From Kiritimatiellia bacterium (lineage in GTDB: Bacteria > Verrucomicrobiota > Kiritimatiellia > RFP12 > UBA1067): a DNA stretch of 64,000 bases. Both the position numbers and the translations under genes were made by a program. Location of the stretch: positions 13,280 to 77,279 of the forward strand of contig JAGBZX010000033.1 in assembly GCA_017628025.1 (NCBI GenBank), read 5' to 3'. The first letter of the stretch is position 1. Every line of letters begins with the position of its first letter. Under the pieces are notes generated by a model. It was not told the origin of the DNA. It worked only from the letters and a program-made list of their open reading frames with translations, and ran no database searches. Below are positions 10,355 through 19,996 of the stretch, piece by piece.

Positions 10355-10612
10355 TTAGCGACCTTGTTCTACCAAGAGTTTTTCAACAACATCGACTATA
10401 TCACCTAAAGTGCGAATCTGCTTAAAATCTTCTGCTTTGACTTTTAAGCCTGTCATCTGTTGTAAACGAACGACCATATCAACAGCATCAATACTGTCTA
10501 AATCTAAATCTTCAAAAAGCTTAGCTTCCGGGACAAGCTTTTCTGATGCTATTTCAAAATCTGAAACTAAAATCTCTTTAATTTTATTTTCTATTTCTTC
10601 TCTTTTCATCAT
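10355..10612 (-). CDS. Acyl carrier protein
   Basis: ~85 aa. The phosphopantetheine attachment motif is DLDSIDAVD. The likely start is MMKREE (10612); the ORF extends to 10645. Confidence 0.8.
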   Translation of the reverse strand: MMKREEIENKIKEILVSDFEIASEKLVPEAKLFEDLDLDSIDAVDMVVRLQQMTGLKVKAEDFKQIRTLGDIVDVVEKLLVEQGR

Positions 10613-10613
10613 T

Positions 10614-10892
10614 TTACTCCAAGTTAATCCCAGCGTTTTCAGCAATAAATGTTGCTAATGAAGCTACACTACGGAAATGCTCTCTATTTTCATCAGCATT
10701 AGTTTTAAATTTTACGGCGTATTTTTTCTTAATTGCCGCGCCAATTTCAAGTGCGTCAATACTGTCTAATCCTACTCCATCGTCACCGAAGAGAGGCGCA
10801 TTAGCATCTATCGCATCAGCAGTAAGCCCTTCAACCTCAACAGAATTAATAATTAAGTTTTTTATCTCGTTCTCAAATTCAACCCTATTCAT
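10614..10892 (-). CDS. Acyl carrier protein
   Basis: 92 aa with a GLDSIDALE motif. It is the first gene of the minus-strand cluster. Confidence 0.8.
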   Translation of the reverse strand: MNRVEFENEIKNLIINSVEVEGLTADAIDANAPLFGDDGVGLDSIDALEIGAAIKKKYAVKFKTNADENREHFRSVASLATFIAENAGINLE

Positions 10893-10929
10893 TATTCTTT
10901 TCCTTTAAATCCTTGTATTTAACTCTACT

Positions 10930-10980
10930 TCTAGAGATTTTATATACGTTTTCGCATCTAAACAACAAAACTTATGTTTC
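10930..10980 (-). promoter_or_regulatory. Putative promoter region of the ACP-led lipid cluster
   Basis: 122-bp AT-rich intergenic region. On the minus strand it contains TTGTTT-N15-TATAAA-like elements, with the RBS AAAGGAAAAG 5 nt before the ACP ATG. Confidence 0.3.
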
Positions 10981-11014
10981 AACGTATTTTATCATATTAT
11001 ACGCATTCATTCAA

Positions 11015-11830
11015 TCAAAGTGTTATATTATCTATTAATCGAGTCTTGCCGGAATATGCCGCTATAAGAACGACATCTCCCTTTTTAGGGTTGGCAACTT
11101 TCTCTAAAGTATCGGCATTTACCGCTTCAATATAATCGACTTTTAGCCCTGACGCTTTTAGCCTCGATGTAAGATGCGAAAACTTTATTGCTTTACTTTT
11201 AAGCAATCGCAACGAACGCGAAATTTCAAGCGCATTTTCTTTCTCTATTTCAGAAAGATATGTATTTCGGCTAGACATTGCTAGCCCAGATTTCTCGCGA
11301 ACAATTGGAGCGACAACAATTTTCACAGGAAAATTCATATCACGAACCATCCTCTTTATAATTGCTGCTTGCTGATAATCCTTTCGACCAAACACCGCCA
11401 CATCTGCTTGAGATATATTAAAGAGCTTTGTAACCACCGTGCAAACGCCTCTAAAATGCCCTGGGCGGCGTGCCCCACACAATCCTACCGAGAGCCTTGT
11501 CTCATCAACATAAACGGAATGATCTTTCTCATACACGTCTTTTGCACTAGGGATATATACCGCAGTCGCTCCTGCTTGGCGGCATTTAGCTAAATCTGCC
11601 TTTTCGTCTCTTGGATATTTTTCAAAATCTTCACCAGGACAAAACTGTGTAGGATTTACAAAGATGCTAACTATAATCTCGTCAGCTTTTAATGTTTTAG
11701 CCTTCTTTATAAGAGATAAATGACCATCATGCAAATAACCCATAGTAGGAACTAATGCAATCTTGGAGCCTTGACGCTTTTTACTTAATACCCATTTCTG
11801 AAGCGCCGCGGAATTTTTGAAAATATTCAT
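11015..11830 (-). CDS. panC: Pantoate--beta-alanine ligase
   Basis: 271 aa. The HIGH-like motif is PTMGYLHDGHLSL. Length and family match are as expected for PanC. Confidence 0.9.
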   Translation of the reverse strand: MNIFKNSAALQKWVLSKKRQGSKIALVPTMGYLHDGHLSLIKKAKTLKADEIIVSIFVNPTQFCPGEDFEKYPRDEKADLAKCRQAGATAVYIPSAKDVYEKDHSVYVDETRLSVGLCGARRPGHFRGVCTVVTKLFNISQADVAVFGRKDYQQAAIIKRMVRDMNFPVKIVVAPIVREKSGLAMSSRNTYLSEIEKENALEISRSLRLLKSKAIKFSHLTSRLKASGLKVDYIEAVNADTLEKVANPKKGDVVLIAAYSGKTRLIDNITL

Positions 11831-12681
11831 TTTCTAATTGATTTTAATAATTCTATTTCTTCTTTGTAACCTTGTAAGTCACAAGGTGTTTCAAGATAAA
11901 ATGGCAAATGGCTTAATCGAGGTGAATTAATTATACGCTCAAATGCTTCTAGTCCTATAAAACCCTTGCCGATTTTTTGATGCCTATCTTTGTGGGCCCC
12001 AAGACTATTCATTGAATCATTGAGATGTATTGCTTTAATACGATTTCGTCCTAACTCTTGTTCAAACGAATCAAGTACCCCATCTAAATTATTTACAATA
12101 TCATTGCCCCCGTCCCAAACATGGCAAGTGTCTAAACAGATAGCCAATTTAACTTCAGGACATTCGCTTTCAACTGCATTAATTATACTACTTAACTCCT
12201 TTGGAGAAGCTCCCAATTCACTACCTTTACCAGCCATTGTTTCTAGTAAAATAGTTGTAGATGGAACCTTACCAAACTTTTTTAGAATTCTTATTAACAT
12301 TGAAGCCACAAGTTCCATGCCCTTCTCTGCGCCCTGACCAACATGTGAACCTGGATGAAAATTATACATTGCTCCTGGTGTAAGTTCTAGCCTCTGCAAA
12401 TCATCAAACATCACAGTCTCAGCAAAATCCCTTACCCTTTGCTCTTGACCAGCACCATTAAGAGTATAAGGCGCATGCGCTAGAATTGGGCCTATGTTAT
12501 TACTAGAAGCATATTCCAGAAACATCTCAACATCACTCTTGTCAATAGGCTTAGCCGCCCCGCCTCGTGGATTTCGAGTAAAGAACTGAAACACATTTGC
12601 ACCTATTGACACAGCTGTCTGTGCCATAGCCATGTATCCTCCTGACGACGATACATGACACCCTATTTTGAATTCTGCCAT
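11827..12681 (-). CDS. nfo: Deoxyribonuclease IV (endonuclease IV, AP endonuclease family 2)
   Basis: 284 aa with a TIM-barrel AP-endonuclease signature (GCHVSSSGG...FTRNPRGG...HAPY). The Nfo-like N-terminus is conserved. Confidence 0.8.
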   Translation of the reverse strand: MAEFKIGCHVSSSGGYMAMAQTAVSIGANVFQFFTRNPRGGAAKPIDKSDVEMFLEYASSNNIGPILAHAPYTLNGAGQEQRVRDFAETVMFDDLQRLELTPGAMYNFHPGSHVGQGAEKGMELVASMLIRILKKFGKVPSTTILLETMAGKGSELGASPKELSSIINAVESECPEVKLAICLDTCHVWDGGNDIVNNLDGVLDSFEQELGRNRIKAIHLNDSMNSLGAHKDRHQKIGKGFIGLEAFERIINSPRLSHLPFYLETPCDLQGYKEEIELLKSIRK

Positions 12682-12684
12682 TTT

Positions 12685-14949
12685 TTAAAGTTTAGAACGT
12701 TGAATTTTACCTGAGACTGTCTTTGGTAACTCGTCACGGAAAACAACTATGCGCGGATACTTATAAGGCGCAGTATGAGACTTAACATACTGTTGAATCT
12801 CTTCTTTAAGTTTTTCTGTACCCTCAACACCCTTAACAAGCTTTATCGTAGCTTTTACTACTTGACCACGGACGGGGTCAGGCGCTGCCGATACACCGCA
12901 CTCTACTACGTAAGGAAGCTCCATTATGACATTTTCAATTTCAAATGGACCAATCCTATAGCCCGAGCTCTTTATTACATCATCAGCCCTACCAACATAA
13001 TGATAGTAATTATCTTCATCCTTCCACGCTAAATCGCATGTATGATACATTCCGCCGCGCCACATCTCAGAAGTCTTCTCTTCATCTTTATAGTAGCCAA
13101 TGAACACTCCTGGGCGAGGATCCTCACGAGGCGTACGGATGACTATTTCGCCATGTTCGCCAGGCGCAACACTATTACCATTTTCATCTACTAGATCAAC
13201 ACCATAATCTGGCACTGGCTTACCCATTGAACCAGGCTTAAGCGCATCACCAAAAAGATTACCTAACGCACAGGTAGTCTCTGTTTGACCAAAGCCTTCA
13301 TATATCTTCAAGCCTGTAGCTCTTTCAAATTGAACAAAGACTTCGGGATTAAGAGCTTCTCCAGCTGTAGTAACGTGGTGAACCGACGAAAAATCATACT
13401 TTGTAATGTCTTCTTTTATGAGCATCCGATACATCGTTGGAGGCGCACAGAATGTCGTAATAGAATACTTTGCAAACATCGGAAGCACCTTATCTGCATG
13501 AAAACGATCAAAGTCATAAACAAAAATCGCCCCTTCACAAAGCCATTGCCCGTAAAGCTTACCCCACATTGCCTTCGCCCAGCCTGTTTCAGAAATGGTA
13601 AAATGCAAACCATCTCGCTCAACCTGATGCCAATATTTGGCTGTTACATAATGACCAAATGGGTACTTATATGAGTGAAGCGCCATCTTGGGATACCCAG
13701 TAGTGCCGCTTGTGAAGAACATAAGCATCGGGTCTGCACCACCAGGAGCGTCGTTAGATCTATTATACTGACAATCAAACGACAAATACTCTTCATCAAA
13801 ATTACGCCAAGTATCTACCTTGCCATTAACCGTCATTTTTATAATGCTTTGCGTAAGGCCTAACTCAACTAATGCCTCATCAGCAAATTTTGTAACTTCA
13901 CCATCTGCGGTGCAGACAAGAGCTTTTACATCTGCAGCCTTTATACGGTAAGTAAAATCATGCGTCAATAGCTGGCTTGTCGCAGGAATAACAACTGCGC
14001 CAATTTTGTGAAGAGCTAGAATTACTGGCCAGAATTGGTAATGGCGCTTCATCACCAGCATCACTTTGTCGCCTCGTTTAATGCCAAGCGAAATAAAATA
14101 ATTAGCAGCTCGAGATGACGCCTGAGAAATATCAGAAAAAGTAAACCTGCGTTCTGTCATGTTATCAGAGACATGTATCATCGCAAGTTTTGTTGGATAC
14201 TCTGAAGCAATTCTATCAATGATATCAAAGGCAAAATTAAAGCGCTCTAGATTGCGATACTTGATATGTTGCAAACATCCACGCTCATCCTCAAGAACAT
14301 CAATATAATCCTCAGCAATAAGATGCTCAGAATCTCTGCGCATAGGCTCGATTTCAAGGCCAAGACGTTGATTTTGTTCGTCTTCTGCCATAATCATCGC
14401 TAGAAACCTACACTTGCGCCCTCCAATCGCCAACATGCCATGAGGCGTAGAACTTTGATAAAAAGCGCTATCGCCTTCATTAAGAATTTCGACATGATCG
14501 CCAATGCGCAACTTCATTGAGCCTTCAAGAACAAGATTGAACTCTTGCCCTGCATGCGTTGTCGTATGAATAGGACGATTTTGAAGGCGTTCATCATACT
14601 GATAAGTTACATAATATGGCGTAGCAAGTCTATTTTTAAACATAGCAGCCATATTTTGGAGCGTAATACCATTTTCGTCAGTAGTTACTAACCCCTGGCC
14701 CTTACGGGTAATCATATAGCCAGATAACTTAGCGCTATGCCCTTCTAGAAGTGCCGTCACATCAACACCTAGAGCTACTGCACATCTATGAAGCACCGTA
14801 AAAGGAGGATCAACTAGACCTGCCTCTAATTTCTCGTATTGGGACGGCTCAATACCAGCCAGCTCTGCCATTTTTGAAATATCAAAGCCAACAATTTCAC
14901 GCATCTCTCGAATGCGCACGCCCATTTCTTTTAGATTCGTCTCTTTCAT
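12685..14949 (-). CDS. Fusion protein: XRE-family HTH + cupin domain + AMP-forming acyl-CoA synthetase (acetyl/medium-chain type)
   Basis: 754 aa. The N-terminal HTH is GVRIREMREIVGFDISKMAELAGI, followed by a cupin fold. The C-terminal ~530 aa is an AMP-binding enzyme (FTSGTTGYPK, GFGQTET, GYYKD, SGKIQR). Confidence 0.75.
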   Translation of the reverse strand: MKETNLKEMGVRIREMREIVGFDISKMAELAGIEPSQYEKLEAGLVDPPFTVLHRCAVALGVDVTALLEGHSAKLSGYMITRKGQGLVTTDENGITLQNMAAMFKNRLATPYYVTYQYDERLQNRPIHTTTHAGQEFNLVLEGSMKLRIGDHVEILNEGDSAFYQSSTPHGMLAIGGRKCRFLAMIMAEDEQNQRLGLEIEPMRRDSEHLIAEDYIDVLEDERGCLQHIKYRNLERFNFAFDIIDRIASEYPTKLAMIHVSDNMTERRFTFSDISQASSRAANYFISLGIKRGDKVMLVMKRHYQFWPVILALHKIGAVVIPATSQLLTHDFTYRIKAADVKALVCTADGEVTKFADEALVELGLTQSIIKMTVNGKVDTWRNFDEEYLSFDCQYNRSNDAPGGADPMLMFFTSGTTGYPKMALHSYKYPFGHYVTAKYWHQVERDGLHFTISETGWAKAMWGKLYGQWLCEGAIFVYDFDRFHADKVLPMFAKYSITTFCAPPTMYRMLIKEDITKYDFSSVHHVTTAGEALNPEVFVQFERATGLKIYEGFGQTETTCALGNLFGDALKPGSMGKPVPDYGVDLVDENGNSVAPGEHGEIVIRTPREDPRPGVFIGYYKDEEKTSEMWRGGMYHTCDLAWKDEDNYYHYVGRADDVIKSSGYRIGPFEIENVIMELPYVVECGVSAAPDPVRGQVVKATIKLVKGVEGTEKLKEEIQQYVKSHTAPYKYPRIVVFRDELPKTVSGKIQRSKL

Positions 14950-14999
14950 TTCAAGAAATTATATCATTTAATCAATCACCTAGCAAACTTAGATATAAA

Positions 15000-15800
15000 T
15001 TATTTTTTTGGCATTGCTTCTGGTGGACATGATGGAAGCCTACCATGTTGAAGCAAATCGTTAACTATCATCCTAACTTCAGTATCAAAGTCACCCTTAA
15101 CAATCCATCTAAGATAATTCGGTTCAAGCTTAAAAAGCTTACGTAAGCTTTCGCCCTTCTTTTTACCAAAATTAACAGTAAGTTCGCCATCTTTCCAACG
15201 CAACAAACCATTACGGTCAACATTTAATGGATCTCGCGGTACTAAAAACTCATCCATCTGAGCCGATGTGCGCGGCAATTCTTCATAACGCTCAAGTTGC
15301 GCACGCAACACATCAAGAGTTGCGCGTGTATCAGCCTCTGCACCATGTGCCCCCTCGTGGTCACGCCCGAGATAGAATTTTACAGCAGCGCTTAAATCAC
15401 GCCTCTCCATACGATGATAGATACGCTGAACATCAATGTGTCGCCTCTGTGAAGAACAAAAAGCCTTGCCTACTCTAGCAAACTCTTCTTCCAAGCATGG
15501 GATATCAAATCTATCGGCATTAAATCCCGAAAGATCACAGCCATCAAAAAACTCAAAAATCTCATCGGCCTTATCAGCAAATGTCGGGCAATCTTTTACG
15601 ATTTCATCACTAATGCCGTGAATTGCAGTAGTCTGCTCTGGTATATGCACACCAGGATTAAGAAGCCAGCAACGGCTTTCCTCCGTGCCATCAGGCATAA
15701 CCTTTATAACCGCCAATTCAATTATACGATCTTGGCGCGGCGAGGTGCCTGTTGATTCAATATCAAAAACAATTAAAGGTCTATCAAGGTTAATTTTCAT
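15000..15800 (-). CDS. DEDDh 3-prime-5-prime exonuclease (DnaQ-like) with C-terminal extension
   Basis: Motifs FDIESTG, HNAxFD-like and HGAEADTRA (Exo I/II/III). Confidence 0.7.
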   Translation of the reverse strand: MKINLDRPLIVFDIESTGTSPRQDRIIELAVIKVMPDGTEESRCWLLNPGVHIPEQTTAIHGISDEIVKDCPTFADKADEIFEFFDGCDLSGFNADRFDIPCLEEEFARVGKAFCSSQRRHIDVQRIYHRMERRDLSAAVKFYLGRDHEGAHGAEADTRATLDVLRAQLERYEELPRTSAQMDEFLVPRDPLNVDRNGLLRWKDGELTVNFGKKKGESLRKLFKLEPNYLRWIVKGDFDTEVRMIVNDLLQHGRLPSCPPEAMPKK

Positions 15801-16315
15801 TTTTTAATCGGGTTATTAAATTGGCAAACAACATCAAATAAAGCTTCTGCAAGGTTTGGATCAACCTCAAAAATATTGTCGTTTTCAGAATACGTCCTAT
15901 TGTTGATATTTGCTTTTACACCTAAAAAGCGCGACATATTTTTCTTTTTAGTTCTTTTAAAGAGTTTCTCTCTATCGAGGAGTCCGCGATTAACTAAATC
16001 TTGGAATAGAGCATTAAGATGCTTAACATCAACATATTGCTCTGAATTTTCGACATCATGCCAATTTTCTGCTTCGTGATTTTTCGCAAAGTCATTAGAA
16101 ACCTGCTCACTAGTCCCTTTAAGAACCTTAACATATCCAGTGCCACTTAAATAAACACTAATACGACGAATAGGACTAGACTTAAGGTTATAATAGTGAA
16201 TGTGGACCCAATTTAGACTACTGTCTTCAACTGTTATATATGGATCCACCCAAAACGGTCCGCATCCAGAAAGAACAAACGCAACTATACCAAGTATTAG
16301 AGTTTTTGCGAACAT
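15797..16315 (-). CDS. Putative lipoprotein, unknown function
   Basis: The signal peptide carries a lipobox-like LSGC. 172 aa with no recognisable domain. Confidence 0.5.
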   Translation of the reverse strand: MFAKTLILGIVAFVLSGCGPFWVDPYITVEDSSLNWVHIHYYNLKSSPIRRISVYLSGTGYVKVLKGTSEQVSNDFAKNHEAENWHDVENSEQYVDVKHLNALFQDLVNRGLLDREKLFKRTKKKNMSRFLGVKANINNRTYSENDNIFEVDPNLAEALFDVVCQFNNPIKK

Positions 16316-17058
16316 ATCAACCCCGTTCCATATAAGGTGAGATTTTTATCGATTATAAAATCTATATCTAAACCTTCAAGCACTCTTTGTGCATAACCAC
16401 CAGTGGCAACTAATTTTAGTTTTTGTTTAAAATTAGATTCAAGCGTAGAGACTATTTCTTTAACCATACCACGATAACCGACAGTAACACCAAAAAGCAT
16501 GGCCTCTTGAGTAGAGCGACCAATTTTAGGCTCCTTAAAACGCTTTAATTTTAATTTAGGAAGTTTTGCCGTACGCTCATATAAATAATCACTCATTAGC
16601 GGAAACCCTGGAGCAATTACCCCTCCTCTCCAAATGCCATCATTAGTGACAACTGCAGCTGTAAGAGCTGTCCCGAAATCCATAATGACAACACCAGTGC
16701 CATAGCGATCTACCGCAGCAGCAGCGTCAGCTAACCTATCTGCACCAATCGTTTCTGGTTTAGGATAATCTAATTTTGGAGATTTTAGATTTTGCCAAGA
16801 AACAACATGAAAAGGAAGTTTTCGTTTCTTAGCATGACGCTGCCACTTCTTGTCTTTTTCTGGAACAACGCTAACATACGCCACCCCATTAAGGTAGCCT
16901 TTAGAGAAACTTGAAACTAATTTATCAAACTCAAGCGTTGCATCCTTGAACGAGCCATCGCAATGTGTAACCCGCGTCACTTTACCGCCAGCCCACAACC
17001 CGATAGCCGTCGAAGTATTACCAACATCAACGGCAATAAAATTCAAACCGCACTCCAT
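16297..17058 (-). CDS. coaX: Type III pantothenate kinase
   Basis: 253 aa. Motifs FIAVDVGNTST and DFGTALT are typical of CoaX/Bvg accessory factor family. Confidence 0.85.
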   Translation of the reverse strand: MECGLNFIAVDVGNTSTAIGLWAGGKVTRVTHCDGSFKDATLEFDKLVSSFSKGYLNGVAYVSVVPEKDKKWQRHAKKRKLPFHVVSWQNLKSPKLDYPKPETIGADRLADAAAAVDRYGTGVVIMDFGTALTAAVVTNDGIWRGGVIAPGFPLMSDYLYERTAKLPKLKLKRFKEPKIGRSTQEAMLFGVTVGYRGMVKEIVSTLESNFKQKLKLVATGGYAQRVLEGLDIDFIIDKNLTLYGTGLICSQKL

Positions 17059-17921
17059 TCAAGCGAAAGGTCTACGCTACCAGCACTATGCGTTAGACAA
17101 CCAAGCGAAATAGCTGTAACGCCAGTAGAAGCAATTTCACGAACTTTGTCTAGCGTTATGCCACCTGAAGCTTCTGTTTTAGAAATGCCCTTGCACATCT
17201 TTACGCATTTCTTCATATCCTTAACGCTCATATTATCGAGCATTATCCATTCTGGAGCAGCTTTCAACGCCGAAGCACATTCTCTAAGGCTCTCCACTTC
17301 AACCTCAATCTCAAGACGAGGAAATTTTTTGCGAGCCGCTGCAACTGCTTGATCAAGTTGATCAGGATCGCCATCGCGCCAAAGACGACGATGATTGTCC
17401 TTCATCAAAACTCTATCATACATACCGAAACGATGATTTGTACCACCACCGCATAATACAGCATATTTTTCAAAAACTCTTAAGCCAGGCGTCGTCTTAC
17501 GCGTATCTAAAATAAGAGTACCGTACTTCTTAACAGCATCTACAAACTTCTTAGTAAGAGTTGCTGTTGCACACATACGCTGCATGAAATTAAGCGCAGT
17601 ACGCTCCGCCATAAGAATCGAACGAGCCTTACCGCTAAATTCTAGAATCTTTTCACCTGGTTGAACAACTGAACCATCAGGCTTAAGAATCTTTACCTTG
17701 ATTGTTTTATCAATAGCTTTAAATACAGCCTTCGCCACTGTAGCACCTGCAACAACACACGATGAGCCTTTAGGATAAATCTCGCCGATAGCAGTCTGAT
17801 CGGCAGGCACTAGCGCTTCGCTCGTAGCGTCGCACATACGACGCCCCGGAGCGCAAAGATCTTCTTCAATTGCACGCTCAATAGCCTGACGTGCTAAACG
17901 AGAATTCATTACATCTTTCAT
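17043..17921 (-). CDS. nadC: Nicotinate-nucleotide pyrophosphorylase (quinolinate phosphoribosyltransferase)
   Basis: 292 aa. The QPRTase family pattern is present (LDTRKTTPGLR, MLDNM). Confidence 0.85.
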   Translation of the reverse strand: MKDVMNSRLARQAIERAIEEDLCAPGRRMCDATSEALVPADQTAIGEIYPKGSSCVVAGATVAKAVFKAIDKTIKVKILKPDGSVVQPGEKILEFSGKARSILMAERTALNFMQRMCATATLTKKFVDAVKKYGTLILDTRKTTPGLRVFEKYAVLCGGGTNHRFGMYDRVLMKDNHRRLWRDGDPDQLDQAVAAARKKFPRLEIEVEVESLRECASALKAAPEWIMLDNMSVKDMKKCVKMCKGISKTEASGGITLDKVREIASTGVTAISLGCLTHSAGSVDLSLEWSAV

Positions 17922-17937
17922 CGCAGGCTACTCCGCA

Positions 17938-18147
17938 TTAGGCGGGCATAAGAAATTCCCAATGGCGGTAAAGGGTATAAGTAAGAATACCCACTACAGC
18001 AAGAGCTACACACCCGAATACAAGAGCATATGTAGAACTTTTTTTGCCAATTGTACCTGCTGCTGGCTTTGCAGGTGCTGTATCTAATTTGAGCCTATCA
18101 GCGATTGCTGCGCCACCTTGCGATTTAACTGTTTTCTTGAGCTTCAT
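17938..18147 (-). CDS. Small membrane protein
   Basis: 69 aa with a single C-terminal TM helix. Confidence 0.4.
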   Translation of the reverse strand: MKLKKTVKSQGGAAIADRLKLDTAPAKPAAGTIGKKSSTYALVFGCVALAVVGILTYTLYRHWEFLMPA

Positions 18148-18381
18148 TTGACACTCCCAATACTTGCATTATTTCTTTGCATTATATCATAAAACAAAAG
18201 ATTTTTGGGAATAAAAATAAACTTATTTTTATTAGCAAATAGTTTAATTCATACACTACAATTTCTCAATCCGCGCCCTAAACTCGACTCACAGTTCTCC
18301 TGCGATCTAAGTAGTAGTGAAATTCTAAAAAAATGCCACAAATATCTTGTGACTTAAAATTTAGTAAAAAAATATCGGGAT

Positions 18382-18458
18382 TGGTCGGAGCGGTGGGATT
18401 TGAACCCACGGCCTTTTGCTCCCGAAGCAAACGCGCTACCAGACTGCGCTACGCTCCG
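18382..18458 (-). tRNA. tRNA-Pro (anticodon CGG)
   Basis: Minus-strand read: CGGAGCGTAGCGCAGTCTGGTAGCGCGTTTGCTTCGGGAGCAAAAGGCCGTGGGTTCAAATCCCACCGCTCCGACCA. The acceptor stem is 7 bp. The anticodon loop TTCGGGA gives CGG. The T-loop is TTCAAAT and CCA is encoded. Confidence 0.85.
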
Positions 18459-18565
18459 AAACTTTTTGATAGTATATCACACGCTGTTATCAAAGTCAAA
18501 TAAAGAGATATTTCACGAAAAGTTGAACATCAAGACTTCTTGCCCTTCGCTCGGTTTCAATAATT

Positions 18566-19951
18566 TTATTCGACTTCAATAAATGCAAATGATGATGGAA
18601 CTAACGTAAGCTCAATGAATCCATCTGCAGTTACTTCAAGCGGATACTCAGTATAAATGCGCCAATCATCCGTTAAGTGACAACGATAATGCTCTGCCTC
18701 AGGAAGATTAAGGCGAATAGTGATGTCATTACGAACATTATTATCGTCTGTGTAACGCGCTATATAAAGAGCGGTTTTACCACTATTTGAACGCGCAGCA
18801 ACAGCATAAAGATCCTTATGTTTTTTACCATTAGACACCATCTCGCACTTTATCTGCTCTGGATAATCCTTAAGCATTCTCCCCCAGGCATAAAATGGAT
18901 AATACCCTCTCATAGGCTGATGAGTAACCGAATCAAAAAGCATATTCATCCCACCATGAGTGCGAACATCATAATACATCGCCATATCAATTGGTGAGTT
19001 TTGACATTCAATCATCATGGCCGCAGCGAAAGCGGCCGCCTTCTGATTAAAAAAACTACTTTCAACTTGCCTCGAATAGCGCCATTCACCGCCTCGCCAG
19101 CCCTTTACATAATTCCACTCATTATAAATCGACTCTGTCTTTTCGTAGCCATGCATATCAAGATGCGCGCGCACCTCACGACCATACCGCGACGATTCTC
19201 TCACATCTGAACAATAGCAGTGCCACGAATAAAAATCTAAAGGAATGTTTTCTTTTGCACAAGCCGGAATAAAGAAATCCTTCCACTTAAAGGGATGTGC
19301 CATAGCCGGCCCTCCTATCTTGAGATTAGGAAAGCGCGCTTTCAAATGCTTGATCGTCACTTTAAAAAACTCAAAGAACTCCTCTTTAGTCCCAGTCCAT
19401 GTCTTTTTATCTAAATCTGGCTCATTCCAAATTTCCCAATACTTTACATCCCACTTCTTTCCATTTGCCCATCCCTCTGTATAGTGAGCTATAATATGCT
19501 CACATATTCGCGCCCACTTCGCATAATCTTTAGGGGGATTTACATGATATGTCTTATCCCAAGGCTCAATGGATTGACCAAGCCTAAAAAACGGCTTCGT
19601 TCCAGCTTTGAACATCCAATCTAGCGCCCTATCAGTATGAGTAAAGTCGTAATTCTCGCTCTTAGTTTCATCAGCATCAAAATCAGGGAATATAGCTGAA
19701 ATATCTATAACATACGGCCCGCCATATGTCCAACTATGATTCATATCATGAGTGCGCGCAAACGGTATATTAGCAGCCTTATAAGCCTTACCTTGTGCAC
19801 TATTAGGATTGCACGGCCCGCAATTAACAGCATTGTGAGGCTTAATCACACCTAATATAACTGATGGATCAATTGAAACTACCCAGTCTGCAGCAAAGCT
19901 AGATAACGACATGATAATCGAAAACAAAAATAGAGCTCTAGTGTTCTTCAT
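18566..19951 (-). CDS. Secreted glycoside hydrolase, clan GH-A (GH39/GH5-like)
   Basis: 461 aa with a signal peptide. The WEIWNEPDL motif matches the NEP catalytic acid/base. Confidence 0.55.
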   Translation of the reverse strand: MKNTRALFLFSIIMSLSSFAADWVVSIDPSVILGVIKPHNAVNCGPCNPNSAQGKAYKAANIPFARTHDMNHSWTYGGPYVIDISAIFPDFDADETKSENYDFTHTDRALDWMFKAGTKPFFRLGQSIEPWDKTYHVNPPKDYAKWARICEHIIAHYTEGWANGKKWDVKYWEIWNEPDLDKKTWTGTKEEFFEFFKVTIKHLKARFPNLKIGGPAMAHPFKWKDFFIPACAKENIPLDFYSWHCYCSDVRESSRYGREVRAHLDMHGYEKTESIYNEWNYVKGWRGGEWRYSRQVESSFFNQKAAAFAAAMMIECQNSPIDMAMYYDVRTHGGMNMLFDSVTHQPMRGYYPFYAWGRMLKDYPEQIKCEMVSNGKKHKDLYAVAARSNSGKTALYIARYTDDNNVRNDITIRLNLPEAEHYRCHLTDDWRIYTEYPLEVTADGFIELTLVPSSFAFIEVE

Positions 19952-19996
19952 TTATGTTCCTTTTTTTCGTTGAATCTTGCTATCTCAAAAAAAGAC

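Noticed and set aside
18459-18565. Imperfect inverted repeat ttgata...tatcaa downstream of tRNA-Pro
   Set aside because: Only 6 bp pair at each end; this is too weak to call a terminator or operator.
18400-18582. 60-aa plus-strand ORF
   Set aside because: It overlaps the tRNA-Pro gene and an intergenic region and has no coding signal.
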